From contig CANBWW010000001.1 of NCBI GenBank assembly GCA_947373235.1, positions 1-32,276 of the forward strand: 32,276 nt of DNA, in the 5' to 3' direction. The translations under genes and the position numbers were made by a program. Numbering within the stretch: position 1 is the stretch's first letter; the number at the start of each line of letters is the position of its first letter. The stretch comes from Candidatus Altimarinota bacterium. GTDB lineage: Bacteria; Patescibacteriota; Gracilibacteria; BD1-5; UBA2023. The notes below the pieces were generated by a model that saw nothing but the letters and a program-made list of their open reading frames with translations, did no database searches and was not told the origin of the DNA. Shown in pieces: positions 1 to 12,353 of the stretch.

Positions 1-45
1 AATCACCTCTTCAGAGCTCTCATCTCGATATATTTTCAAGCTTTC

Positions 46-3000
46 ATGCAGTTTCGTTTTTATCAAAAATATACATCTGCAATTCTTATTTTCCTCCTTT
101 TTCTTACTCAGACTGTTCAGGTCTCTTTTTTTGACCATACAGAAGCTGCTACAGAGGATTATCATGATGTGGTTTCTATCGTTGTCGATACTGACACGTA
201 CAGCGAATTGAAGTGAGATATTAAGCAATATAGTCAAGATATACAGACCTACCTCGGATCTACTCGAGTGTCTCTTTTTGTCGTTCCAAAAAATACTCCA
301 CCGGAAGCGATCGCTGCACAAAATGAAAAACTCTATTACCAGGGGGACTGAAAGGATGGGGTTTCATCTCTTGTAGGGACTATTTTGATCGGAAATGTTC
401 CGATTCCAGTTGTCGAAAAAGATGGAGAATCGTTCCCAAGTTTGTATCCATATGTGGATTTTGATGATAAACGTTTTGTGTATGATCCTCAGATAGAAAA
501 ATATACTTTTTCCAAAAATACTAATGAAACCAGTGATGTAGAGATATGGCATGGAGTTATCGATCCTGCACTCGGAAGAGCTTGGAATGGCGAAAGTGAT
601 ATCCAGAAAATAAAATGATTTCTTGCAAAAACTCATGAATTTTATCAAGGAAAATGAAAATTCACACCTTCAAATATACCTCCACGGGTATTTTATTATG
701 ATGGTTATAATGAAAGTGCAGCAATCGGTTCGAGAGAGTTATATCAGTATGCACTCTTTATAAAAAATGCAGAAAATATCGCATATGGTCGTTTTACAAA
801 ATACTTGCTTTCTGATATCAATGATGCCCTGAAACTCTATGATGCAACGAGCCCTGATAGTATAAAAACGACCGATATCCCGAATTTTTCAGAACTTCAA
901 AAAGAAAATCCTGATCTTGCGAATATATCTGGTGATACTCTCACACCAGATATGCTCAAGAACCTTTCAGATATACAGAGTCAAAATATTATCAATAGTT
1001 TTATAAAGAGATTTTATGAGATTATTAATTCCAAAACTCTTGGAGATGAACGACTCTTTGTCCATAATGCTGGTCGATACAATAATGGATCTGATGTACG
1101 GGTTGATCAAGGTTCTGTGGATGTTTCTTTGCTCGATGAGACTGCCCTCAATACTATAAAAGGTGCAAATGATGCTCTCGAAACAGCCATCAATAAAGTT
1201 ATCACTGATGCGAATTATGCTCGTAAAATCCCTATTTTTGATTCCTATCAGAACTATAAAAATACTAATGATTATGATAATACCAGAGATGCGAATAAAG
1301 TGTATCAAAATTATTTTCTCGGAACAAAAAGTACCCAGATCACCGATCCAAAACAGTGTACGATTGCAAGATGATCGACTATAAATGAGCAAAGTCAGAT
1401 GTGAAAGGGAATACTCGTAGAAGCAAATACAACTTTTGATATTAATTCTATTTCATGACAGATTGGTTACCTTTCTGGTGATACTGATGAACTCGTAAAA
1501 CTTCATAAGTCTTCGGATTATTCTTGTTTTGATCCGAACACGAGTGAACCAAAACTGAATTCTTACTGGCGGAATAATAGTTTTCTCAATTTTTCAACTT
1601 CTCCTTCGACGAATCCAACAGATATTCTTTTTGGTCCTCTGTGAACTGCGAGTTTTACTGGTATGAGTCTCCCGATTTCTTCCCTCGGAGGGATGAAAGA
1701 ATCAGACCGTGTAACTGCACCGTCTATCAATAATTGTCTAGATAATTCTTATCAATTCGCACTGCTTCAGCCATATACTTTTTCTTATGATATTGGTTAT
1801 CGGTCTCATGGATCTGATGAATCTTATAGTTGTAATTCTTCTTGGCCAGATGAATGGAATACAAGTGGGGCTTATGGTTGTCAACAAAGAAGTACAGAAA
1901 CTCCACGATTTACGTGTCTCACAGAACAGGTTCCTCTTTCACAAAGTATTTCTACAAAATTTTCTGATCGACTTCCCGATTATTCATGACAATCATGTTT
2001 TGCATGAAATCTTACACTTGATGGAAAAGTTATAAAAACAGCAAATAGTCCTTGTATATACTATGATAGAGGAGATGATAACTCTCATCAACGTGATGAT
2101 ACAGTGTATCAAAATCTTTCTTATCATACGATTCCCTCACTCCTTACGCATATTTCTCCAACGTCAGAAGAAATAGGTGCTGCAACTGCAAATTCTATCA
2201 CCCCAAACATCCCTGTGGATATGGTACGAAGTGTAGATTTTCTGACTCCAAAAGGAAATATAGCGACTTTTACGTATCCAGATTTTTTCAAAGCTCCGGG
2301 GAATACCGTTGCAGAAATGCGAACATACCTGAAGAATCTTTCAGAGAGTGAATGGAATAAAGTGATCACTACTGAAAATGGAACGAATTTGACCTCAAGT
2401 GAATCTGGTGCGAATCTTGCCTTGGGTGCAGGTATTTTGCCTTCGACTCCAATTGATTGGAATTCTCTGATTTCGGACAGTGTACTTATTCAAGTTTTGC
2501 AAGCTAAAAACTGGATGCATCCAGATGTTTCGAAAAAATATACAGATGCCCTGACGAGTGATCTTTCTTACAGTCATACTCTCTGAGGTGATGTGTCACT
2601 CGATCCTCCAAAAACTCCAGGAACTCGAGATGGATATGAGATAGCGTATCTTGGGCTCACATCTTTTCAGCCGACAGGGGAGAGTGGCTCAACTGATCAA
2701 AATACGAGTATACAGGCCTACAATCAAAAAATGGCAACGCTCCAAGGACTCAATGTTTCCGATACGGATATTTCAGATAATCCATCATCTGGGAGTGATC
2801 CATATCCAGATAGTACCGCGTGTGGTGATCCTGGATGAGTCGATATTTTTCAGTGGCCAGCAGCGGTTGCTTGTTGGATCAAGACCGTAAAACCAAAAAT
2901 TTCTTCTGGAATGTGTGGTGGAAATACTATTGGTATGGGCTTACTAAGTGTTCCAAAGGCGACTATTCCTGATGGTGTTTCGAGTGATTCTCAGGCATTG

Positions 3001-6000
3001 AAATCTTACTTTGATGCTTCTCAGCTTACTTATTCTCTTCCGAGAACGGTGATGCAAAAATCTGACTCCGTTTCTGTGAGTTTTGACTTTCAAAAAAATG
3101 GCGCTCATATCGACCTTCCAGAAAATACGAATGTAAAACTCGATATCATTTCTCTTACCGATACAGACGGAAAAAATATTTCTCTCGATAAATCGGATAA
3201 TCTTCTCCAAATTGCACCAGCAAGTCAGCCATATGGATCTGAAAAAACGACATTTCTCCTTACTTCTGGATGACAACTCTGAAGTGTAAAAATAAGATGA
3301 ACGCTGACGACTGCACTTCCAGATGGAACGACATACACAAGTTTTTCAGATGATATCGTCATAAGAATCAGCGATGAGTATCTCGATGTATCTCCGACCG
3401 TACAAGGCATAGAAGCAAGCTCCATCGATACAACCCTCCTTGATCCAGTGAAACTTTCGTTGACTGCAAAAAGCAATCAAAATAATGCCTCTATATCATC
3501 AGTACTTCCATATACACTCGATATCTATGATGATATTTCTGATGAATTACTTGCTTCAGATATTCAGATACATTCTTCCACTGACTATAGCATTCCAATT
3601 GATTATACCAAAAAAATCTGACTCTATAGATTTGAGATTCATGACCAAGCTTGAAGATTTGGGGAGGCGACTCTGGCAGTTCGTTCATGACCATTGGCAA
3701 AATCCAACTTCTTACCACTTTCAGACACGATTGTAAAAAATATTGATTCATACGGTGCGATCGATCTTCTCGATGCAAAAGATAATCTTCTTACACCAGA
3801 GCTTCATACCATCGAATTCGAAGCGCAAGGATGATATCTTGTCGATAGTGATGGAAAACATGTTCAAAAAATGTCGATACAAAGTATAGATAGTGAAATT
3901 CCCCTTGCTTTCGGTGCTGATGCTGCCTGAAAAATAAATATTTCTTATTCGATCGATGGAGTTGTGACGGCTTCTCGCCAGATCGACGTCGTTAATATAG
4001 CAAAAATAAAAATCAATCGTCGTTGAACTCCTGTGGTTGGTGGTCCGGCGGTTTCTATTTTTGCTGAAGTAGTTGATGAAAATGATCAGCTTCTTTCAGG
4101 ATTCCATTCTTCGATTTCATTTTCTCTTCCGACACTCGCGGGTTCTTTTGCTACTGGAACGGTTGCTATAGAAAATGGTAAAACAGATGATTTTTCATTT
4201 CTTCCTGGTCGTGTTGCTGGCCAACAGATGCTTTCTATATATGTTCCTGGAATCGGAACTATCCCAGATGTTCCGTTTTCTATTTCTCCCTGAGCGCCAT
4301 TTTTTATACAGTCAGCTCTCGGCGATGACTTTACGACTTTTAGTGTCGAAGACCGATATGGCAATCTTGTGCCAAAGGATTTTGTAGGAACTTTGCAGAA
4401 AGATGTTGATCCATCTCTACCGATAAACTTTACTGCGGGTATTTATAGTACACCAAGAACTCCTGGATATTTTACTGCGACCGTTCCAGAAATAGCCAAT
4501 TCGAGTATTTCATATACTGATACTGATGGAGTTCATACGATTTCTGGTATTCCAAGTACACCGATTTTTGTTCCTACACCGAAACAGAAATTTGTATTCC
4601 GTCCTGATTACAATGCACGATATACGGTTTTTGCTGGAGATAGTTTTTTAAGAGAATCAGAAAATATCCTCTATGACACAACTCCTGGAGCTTCTCAAAG
4701 TCTCGCCGCAAGTACACTTCTCACTTCACCATACCAGACAGAAAATTATTTTTCTATCTTTCCTGGAGGTGGATATAGCCTCTGAAATGCTTCGGATATA
4801 CTCATGAAGGCAAGTGCTCATCTGGAAAAAAATACATTGATTTTGGAAGCTTCTGACAGTGTGAGCCATACGCGTATTGCTCGTGTTTCCTATCCAACGA
4901 GTGGACTTCTTTCGAGTGTGTGTGAAGAAAGTTCGACAGACTCTCAAGATTGTCTGACCGTTCCTTCATGAGGAGGTATCAGATTTATTACGTATAAAGA
5001 TGGGCAATATCAGACTCAAAATGATGGAAATATCATGACGATCGCTCAGTCTGGAAATATCAAACTTCGTTATGATAGATCTGCATGACTCGTCCTCGCT
5101 GCTGGTATCACACTTTCTCCTGTTTCTGCAGATTCCAGTGCGGGACTTCTTCTTGATGTGATAGATGGAGACAAGTCGATCGGTCGTATATTTCTTGCAA
5201 CTGATCCAAAACTCTGAGTACAAAAATCAGCTGATATATTTCTTCCAGCTTCGACTCCTGTTCTTGAGTCTACTCATCCATATTTGGAAAAACCAGTCTA
5301 TTCACAGATTTTTGATTCCCAAAATGCTGGCTATAGTATCTATACCAAACCAAAAACATCGGATCTAGATGAGACGATGATCGGACCAAATTTTATAGAT
5401 TCTCTCGGTTCTATAACGGATACTGCTGGTGTCGGATGGCATGATAAAAATCGTATGATGCTTTCTTATAGCGCTGGCGATACCGTGGGTGAAGCAACCA
5501 AATGGTTTCAGACGTATACGATGGTCAATCTCTGAGATCCAGTCGCCCATGTAGACGTATGAGCGGTTGGTACAAATCAAGAAGGGATCGATCGATCGAT
5601 CGGTACGGAACTTGCTTCTGGTGCACGTGGAAATATTGTTTCTGTTGCCCATCATGATATGAACAATGATGGCTATGAAGATGTGATCATAACCTATGAT
5701 GATGGTTTTGTGGAACTCTATCTCAATCTGAATGGTCGTTTTAAAAAAAGTCAGATGATCGGATATGTACCAAATATTTCTCCTGATCAACTTTCTTTTT
5801 GAGATTTCACAGGAGATGGTTTTTCCGATATTATCGGACTCAATGATTCGGGATGACTCCTCTTCATCGATAATAGTGATAGAAAATTTGTCCAAAAACC
5901 AATTTCTCTCGATGATTCCTCCGCTTCCATTCCAGATCATATCACTCAGTATAAGATCTACGATATGGACGGAGATAAAAAGGAAGATATTGTTTATCTG

Positions 6001-9000
6001 ACTGAAGCTTGAGAACTCTGAGTTCTTTATGGAACACAGACGGCATGAGTTTTTTCGAAACATATAGCGGACTCGAGTTTATGAGTTTCACTTTCACCTG
6101 ATGCAGAAACTGGATGAGGAGTTTTTCATGCAAATACAGTACCAAACACTGTTCCACAGAGTACCGATCCAGAAAATGATACGAGCCTCATTCAGGCAGA
6201 TGTCTACTATCATCGAACACTTCCGAGTCCTTCGAGTGATTCGACAGTGACCTATTCACAAAATGATTCAATCGATACTATTACCAATCTTTCTCCATCA
6301 AGTCCACAAAATGCGACTACTTCCAATTTTGTGTATTCAGAATATGCACCTGCTTTTGGTCTCGATATACAAAAAACATATAACAATATTTCTGCTGCAA
6401 AACTCCATGCAGGGGATCTTATACAAGTGGATATCGCACTGAAAAATACAACCACGAGTACACTGTCACAGATAGAATATCTAGATACGATTCCCAAGAT
6501 TTTTGATCCGAAAGATACAAAAAAATATCAACTCATTATCGATAATGAAGCAACAGAGAAAAACTTTGTTCCACTCACGAGTGGTGATTTTGATGCTGAC
6601 TTTATAGGAATGGATATTCCTGCAGGAAAAACCCTCCATATCCGATATACTCTGAAGGCACTTCCTACGACTTATGGAGAGATGCAGGTGGGAAATCTCC
6701 AAAAATGACAAGTATGAGAAGATGGATATTGAGATATTTGATTCAATGCTTCTACGACCTGCGGAACGAGTATGATGCTTTGGAAATCTACGTCTGGACG
6801 TACTTTTTCGAAGGGAAGTGCTGATTTTTCTCAGCCGATAGTTCCTACGAGTATCCAAAATCAGATCGATCAAACCAATGGTGAAATCGCGGGTGCCCAG
6901 CATCTTTCGAGTACGAGTTCTACACTCTGAGCATTGACGAGTGACTACAATAATATGTCTGAATCAAATGGTTCTGTATCGGCCCCGTTTCAGGCAAATG
7001 TACAACAAAGTGGTCAAAATTATGTAGCATCACTCGATCCAAGTCCTGCATTTACTCAAAAAGTAACGACCATGGCTCAAAATATTGCAGATTGACTTTC
7101 TTGTGGATTTGGTGGGGGGTCATGCATGTCTTTTCCTATGAACTGGGCACCACTCGCACCAGGAAGTGATCCGGTTCTTTTTGGGAAACCTGTCGGAGAT
7201 GGTCTCAAAGTAGGCGAGGGTATTCCTCTTTTTAGTGGATTAACCGGATATCCTTTGCAAGTTGGTCCTGTCTGTGTCCCGATTCCAGTCGTGTGGCCTG
7301 CATCACCTTTGGCATGGCCAGCCCAAACATGCCCAACTTCAAACTATGAAGCTGGATGGGCAGAAGTCGGGTCGATCTTGGCATCAGGATGACATCAGCC
7401 AGCTTCACCACTTTTAGGTGCCGGTTGAATGTTCGGTATATCGAGTCCAACTAATTTTCTCAGAATTTTTGTAAGCCCAACACTGACCCTTGGAGTTTGA
7501 ACTGCTATCTGTATGGGTCCAGCAAATATATGATGACAATTTCCACCGAAATGACTTTCACCATTTATTCCATGAGGAAACTGTATCGTTCTGGCAAAGC
7601 CGATGAATGTCTGTAAGGGTGATGGTTCAAGTGCTGATGGAGATGTTCAAGGGGTTTCATGACTGTGAAGCGTGACAGATGCATGGAATGCAGGAAGTTG
7701 TAGTATAAAAGCAGATACTTCTACGGATATCGCAACCACCAATAAACAAACAACACAAGATATTATCTCCTATTTACAAAACCCAGATACCAAGAAAGTA
7801 AATGATATCTATGCTTCTCTGGCAAAGAGAGGTCCTCGAAATCTCTCTTCAGGATGACCACTTCTGAGTATGGGTGATAATAGTTCCTGAACGAAGATCG
7901 ATGTAGATATCGATACGACGAAACCCTTCGATATGCATAATATCGTGAAGGTCAATAATACTCGTATTCCAGGTTTTCCTGATTTTATTATGGATTGGGT
8001 CGCACGTCAGACGGATGAGATTACGAATAAGCTCATGACTCCACCGAATATTGTCGTTATTCCGCCAAGAAATTTTAGTCAATATGGAACTTCGGATAAG
8101 AGTTTTTCAAATTTTTCTGATGCATTTAGTCAAAAAGCATATGTCGATGCGTATGCGAATTTCCAACAAAAACTCTGACAAGCGGGAAATACTGATGTTG
8201 CTTCCAAGCTCACAAATATGACCACTTCTCATAGTGATCTTTCTGCTGGGTATGAGAAGGCACTGGATGGATTTATCCAAAATCATGCTTCTGCCTTAAA
8301 TAGTGCAAAAGGTGGAGTAAATCAAGCAAATGCGGTCTTCCAATTTCTTGGTCAACTTCCATTTCTGAAGGTACAAAAAACGCAAGTCGCGATCAATGTT
8401 CCGTGGATTCTTCCCCAAGAACTCGATCGATATGCTCGTACTTTATCTCAATATTCAGCTGAACTTGATAGAACTGAAAAGCAGTGGTGTGCAGGAAAAA
8501 CTGCTGCCCAATGTACCGATATTCATGCGAATGCCAATGTTTCTGCACTGCGTACAAGTATCCAGAAAAATTTGGCGATGATCGAGACGTATAAACATTT
8601 CCCTGATAAACTCCAAAAATATCTCACTTGGAAACAACGATACATTGCTGAAATCATGTGTAACGTGAACGCTTTCGAACAGATGATCGGAGGATGGTAC
8701 AACGATAACGGTATCCGATTTCGTAAATGGGCCGAGTTCTATGTGCTCGTCAAGACAGTGATGGAAAGTTGGCAACCAGTGATTGATATATTCAAAAAAT
8801 GAGATGCTCAGTGTTCTGTCTGTCGAAATGAACGATGAGATCTAAAATACTATAAGATCAAACTTATCAGTATACTTATACCGACCCTTCCGATTATCCA
8901 ATTTCCGAGATGGCCAGATATTGTCCTCGATCTTTCTGATATTCGTATGTGACTCACGATCGCCGTACCAGAATTTAACTTTCGTATCAATCCGATCCGT

Positions 9001-12000
9001 CTTCCAAATCTTCCGCTCTTAAATCTTCCTGCACTTCCATCGATTGGTCTTTCATTGCCACCACTCCCGATCCTTCCAGCGATTCCAAATCTCCCAGATT
9101 TACCAGATCTTCCATCATTTCCTCGTGTACAACTTCCATCGCTTCCACCACCACCAAAACTTCCAAAAATATTTGGTTCTCTTTCAGCATCTCTCTGACT
9201 CCTACAACTTTTCCAGAAAATCCGTTGCTATATGGAGAAAACGATTCTCGTCCCAGAGTGGCAAGCTGGATCAGTGATCGCTGATAGAACAGAACGACAG
9301 GGGACATTGAATCTCGATTTTCTCAAAGTACAACTTCCACAGTATGCTGTACCAACTATCCGAGAAATCCGAGTTTCTACACATATTGACTTCGAAAAGA
9401 GGACAGATTTTATTACTGAATTCGCACAAAAAGCGGTGAAACCAATAAACTCATTTAGTGCGGATATACAGGGAAGTGTCCAAAGTTCTCTTGATAAAGC
9501 TGGGCAAGATGTCCAAAATGTTGGAGCTGGAATACAAAATGGAATCGATAATGCAACGAAGGATCTCAAAAATATAAATCTCAAAGTCGATGCCAATGGA
9601 AAAGTCATCCAATCTTCACTCGATGAATCGAATGAGGATTTTGATCAAAAGACTTTTTCAGGGTTGATCGCTTCACTCACATCTGAGAAAGATACACTTC
9701 TGGATACAGATGATTTTACAGATGATTTATTGAAAGAAATGCAACATGCTTGAGAAGATACCACCGTTTTGAAAAATTCTCTTCAAAAATCTAAAATAGA
9801 AAGTGACGAGATAACGAAGTGAATGGAGAAAAATTTCCATGAAAATATGCAGCTTTTCTATAAATATCTCAATGCGGAAACAGCTGATACGAAGGAACAA
9901 GAAAAAATGATCGAACGACTCAAGTGAGATATCCCAACACCACTCGTAGATGCCGATTTACCACGTGCGCATTTTGTTTCTGATGAAAGTAGTCTTTCTG
10001 ACGGAGCTCTTGATGATTATAATTCAGCTATTTTAAAAAATCAGAATACAGCTCAGATTTCTGTCTCATCAGGTAATTCGAATATTCAGGCTACAGAACA
10101 TCTTCAGTGAAAATTGGGTCGCCTTCTCGCTGCCAATACTCTCTCTACGCCCACAACAACCCCATCTGATACGAGCTATGCCCCTTTGTATACAGGTATT
10201 TATGTACTTACACCGAGCGGAGTTCAGACAAAATTATTTGATTATACAGATATTCTTGATCCAGCTGAGAAGCCACAAGTTTTTGATTTTGATAAAGATG
10301 GTGACGCTGATTACCTCTATATTCTTGGATGAGTTGTCTATGTAAAATATTCTTCCTTACATACACCAAAGAAAACTATTGATACCGATATAAGTTTTAG
10401 TGATCTCGATATTTCTGCTCGTCCACAGGCTCCAAATTTCTTTGATGAAACAATCTCAAGTCCAGGGAATATACAACTCTCTTTCACTCCTGCTGACGAG
10501 AGAGATCGTGATTTTCGCCTCGAATTTTTCGATCGATATACTCAATGGGATCTTGCTACTCTCAATGAATGAAAGCCAGATCTGAATGCACCAAAATCAA
10601 CGGTTGATTTTTTTGTAGAAGATCCCGGTGATACACAAAAATCCGATGGATTAGAAGTGACAGCGATTCCTGAAGTTCTCCAATCAGTCGATCATCCAAG
10701 TGGATTTATCCTCCAAGGTATGAGTGGTGTTCCGCTGAAATCTGGTACCAACTTCACACTCACCGCTGGAAGACCAATCTATACTGGAAATACTGCAGTC
10801 CGTTTGACTTATACTCTCAGTTCAGGTGTTTCTCAGTCTCTCGATATGAAAAAATATCAAAAATATGTCTTTACAGGAGATATTTCTGCTTCGATCGTTT
10901 CAGGAAAAGCATATATTTTAACACAAAGTAGCTCTGATCGTTTGGTGTATTCTGATGATTTTATCGGTATGCCGATCCTTCCAGGTACACATATCATCAA
11001 CACGGACTGATGATTTACTCTCTATAATCCAAGTCTTGATCGTTCAACGGATATTTCTACAAACGAAGAATACAGAAGTGTGTGACTCTGAGTACCTGAT
11101 GAAAGTTACCAAGTAAACTTTCCATACATGAATGGTTTGTATAGTGGAAAACTCACCGCACTTTCTCCAAGAAATCATGATCCTGTCTCTGCAGGAGTGA
11201 CACTCTTAGCACCGCTCGCTGCTCTTGATAACAGTGCTCCAGTTGTCGATATCGCTTCAAAAATCCAGATTCCGGTATATGGAAAAATGGATTTTGATTT
11301 GAAAGATATTATTTCTGATATGAGTCCGACTCATGTTTCTATTGATCCTGATACGACCGTCGATGAAGATAAGAACTGAGTGTATGATGATGATTTTGTA
11401 AGTGCATGAACTGGTGTTAAAATCAATTCAGGTAGTATTGTCTTTGGTCCTTTCGATAATCTTGGAATACATATGATGAATCTGAATGCAGTCGATGCCT
11501 ATGGAAACCAAAATCTCGTTCCTTTAGAGGTTGATGTATTTGCTCCGATTCCACAGATTAAAAATATCGATACGAATGGTATCATTCATTGATTGATTGA
11601 TCCGATTACTACACTGGAACCGATTCATTTTTTCAGAATTCGTACCGGAAGTCCATTGAAACAATTATTTCCTTCGAGTACTCTTACAAAAAATGATGGA
11701 ACTTTCGAGACAGGAAGCGTGTTTATTGGAAGCGGTGTAGATCTCACTTTTGGTGGAACTTCTCATATATTGGACCAAAATTCCTGACTTCCATCGACTG
11801 GAGATAATCTCAAATTCACTGTTGCATCCGCGACAAAAGATCATCCAATGATTTTTACTATTCATGATTCATCTGGAACTTCTATCCTTGATCAGACGAT
11901 TTCTCTTCCCGAAAATACTCGATTCATGCTCAATCCAACAACGACTGATATACCAAAAGTTCCAAGTGTCGTGATCAATTCTTCTCAAGGATATCTTTCA

Positions 12001-12237
12001 CAATCAGCAAATCTTCTCGATAAGAATATTCCATGAGGTGTCTATATCACCGATAATTCCTACAATCCTATTGCCACGATTGCACAAGATGGACAGATAT
12101 ATGCAATTGTTTCTTGAGTAACTCTTTCCGCAAAAAAATATGGTGAATTTCTTTCGACCAGTATTCTTTTGAACTGAAAAGAAATCACAAATGTGAAATA
12201 TCTGGTGAATTTCTTTTATACTGTCAATAATCACTAA
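46..12237 (+). CDS. Giant secreted/surface multidomain protein (4063 aa when TGA=Gly); likely adhesin or host-interaction protein, overall function unknown
   Basis: Frame +1 has no TAA/TAG from position 1 to the TAA at 12235-12237 but carries about 74 in-frame TGA (manual codon scan). All 20 track ORFs from 385..618 to 11848..12036 lie in this one frame. The ATG at 46 is followed by a signal-peptide-like MQFRFYQKYTSAILIFLLFLTQTVQVSFF. Recognisable pieces: FG-GAP/VCBS-like Ca-binding repeats (DMNNDGYEDVII, GDFTGDGFSDII, YDMDGDKKEDIVY at ~5560-6060; FDFDKDGDADYLY at ~10280-10320), Ig-like (Big-type) segments at ~4030-4400, a DUF11/CARDB-like segment at ~6390-6700, and a Leu-Pro repeat at 8992-9165. 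The frame is open to the left edge, so an upstream start cannot be excluded. Confidence 0.85.
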
Positions 12238-12269
12238 GACATTCCTTTTGCTTTTTTTGATTTTTTCCG

Positions 12270-12305
12270 TATTCTCTCAAAAAATCGAGAGAGAATATTC
12301 TTTTT
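12270..12305 (+). terminator. Rho-independent terminator candidate after the giant gene
   Basis: Inverted repeat tattctctc / gagagaata (12270-12278 and 12289-12297) followed by ttcttttt, 33 nt after the TAA stop. Confidence 0.55.
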
Positions 12306-12353
12306 CAGCAGACGTATTCGAGTTTTTGTTCTTTACTTGCCATCCTTTTCACT

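Noticed and set aside
5586-5601. (GATC)x4 tandem run, and the generally frequent cgatcg/tcgatcga palindromes
   Set aside because: The run is in frame (G I D R S I G) and consistent with the local codon preferences GAT/ATC/CGA/TCG. Without genome-wide k-mer statistics I cannot claim methylation or restriction significance.
8833-8841. RGD tripeptide (cga tga gat, Gly encoded by TGA) in the giant protein as an integrin-binding motif
   Set aside because: A three-residue motif is expected by chance in a 4063-aa protein, and nothing in the sequence alone supports function.
8992-9165. cttcca-type reiterations as a DNA-level tandem repeat or CRISPR-like array
   Set aside because: The units are imperfect, are 6-9 nt rather than repeat-spacer sized, and lie in frame inside the giant ORF, where they encode an xLP repeat. 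This is coding low complexity, not an array.
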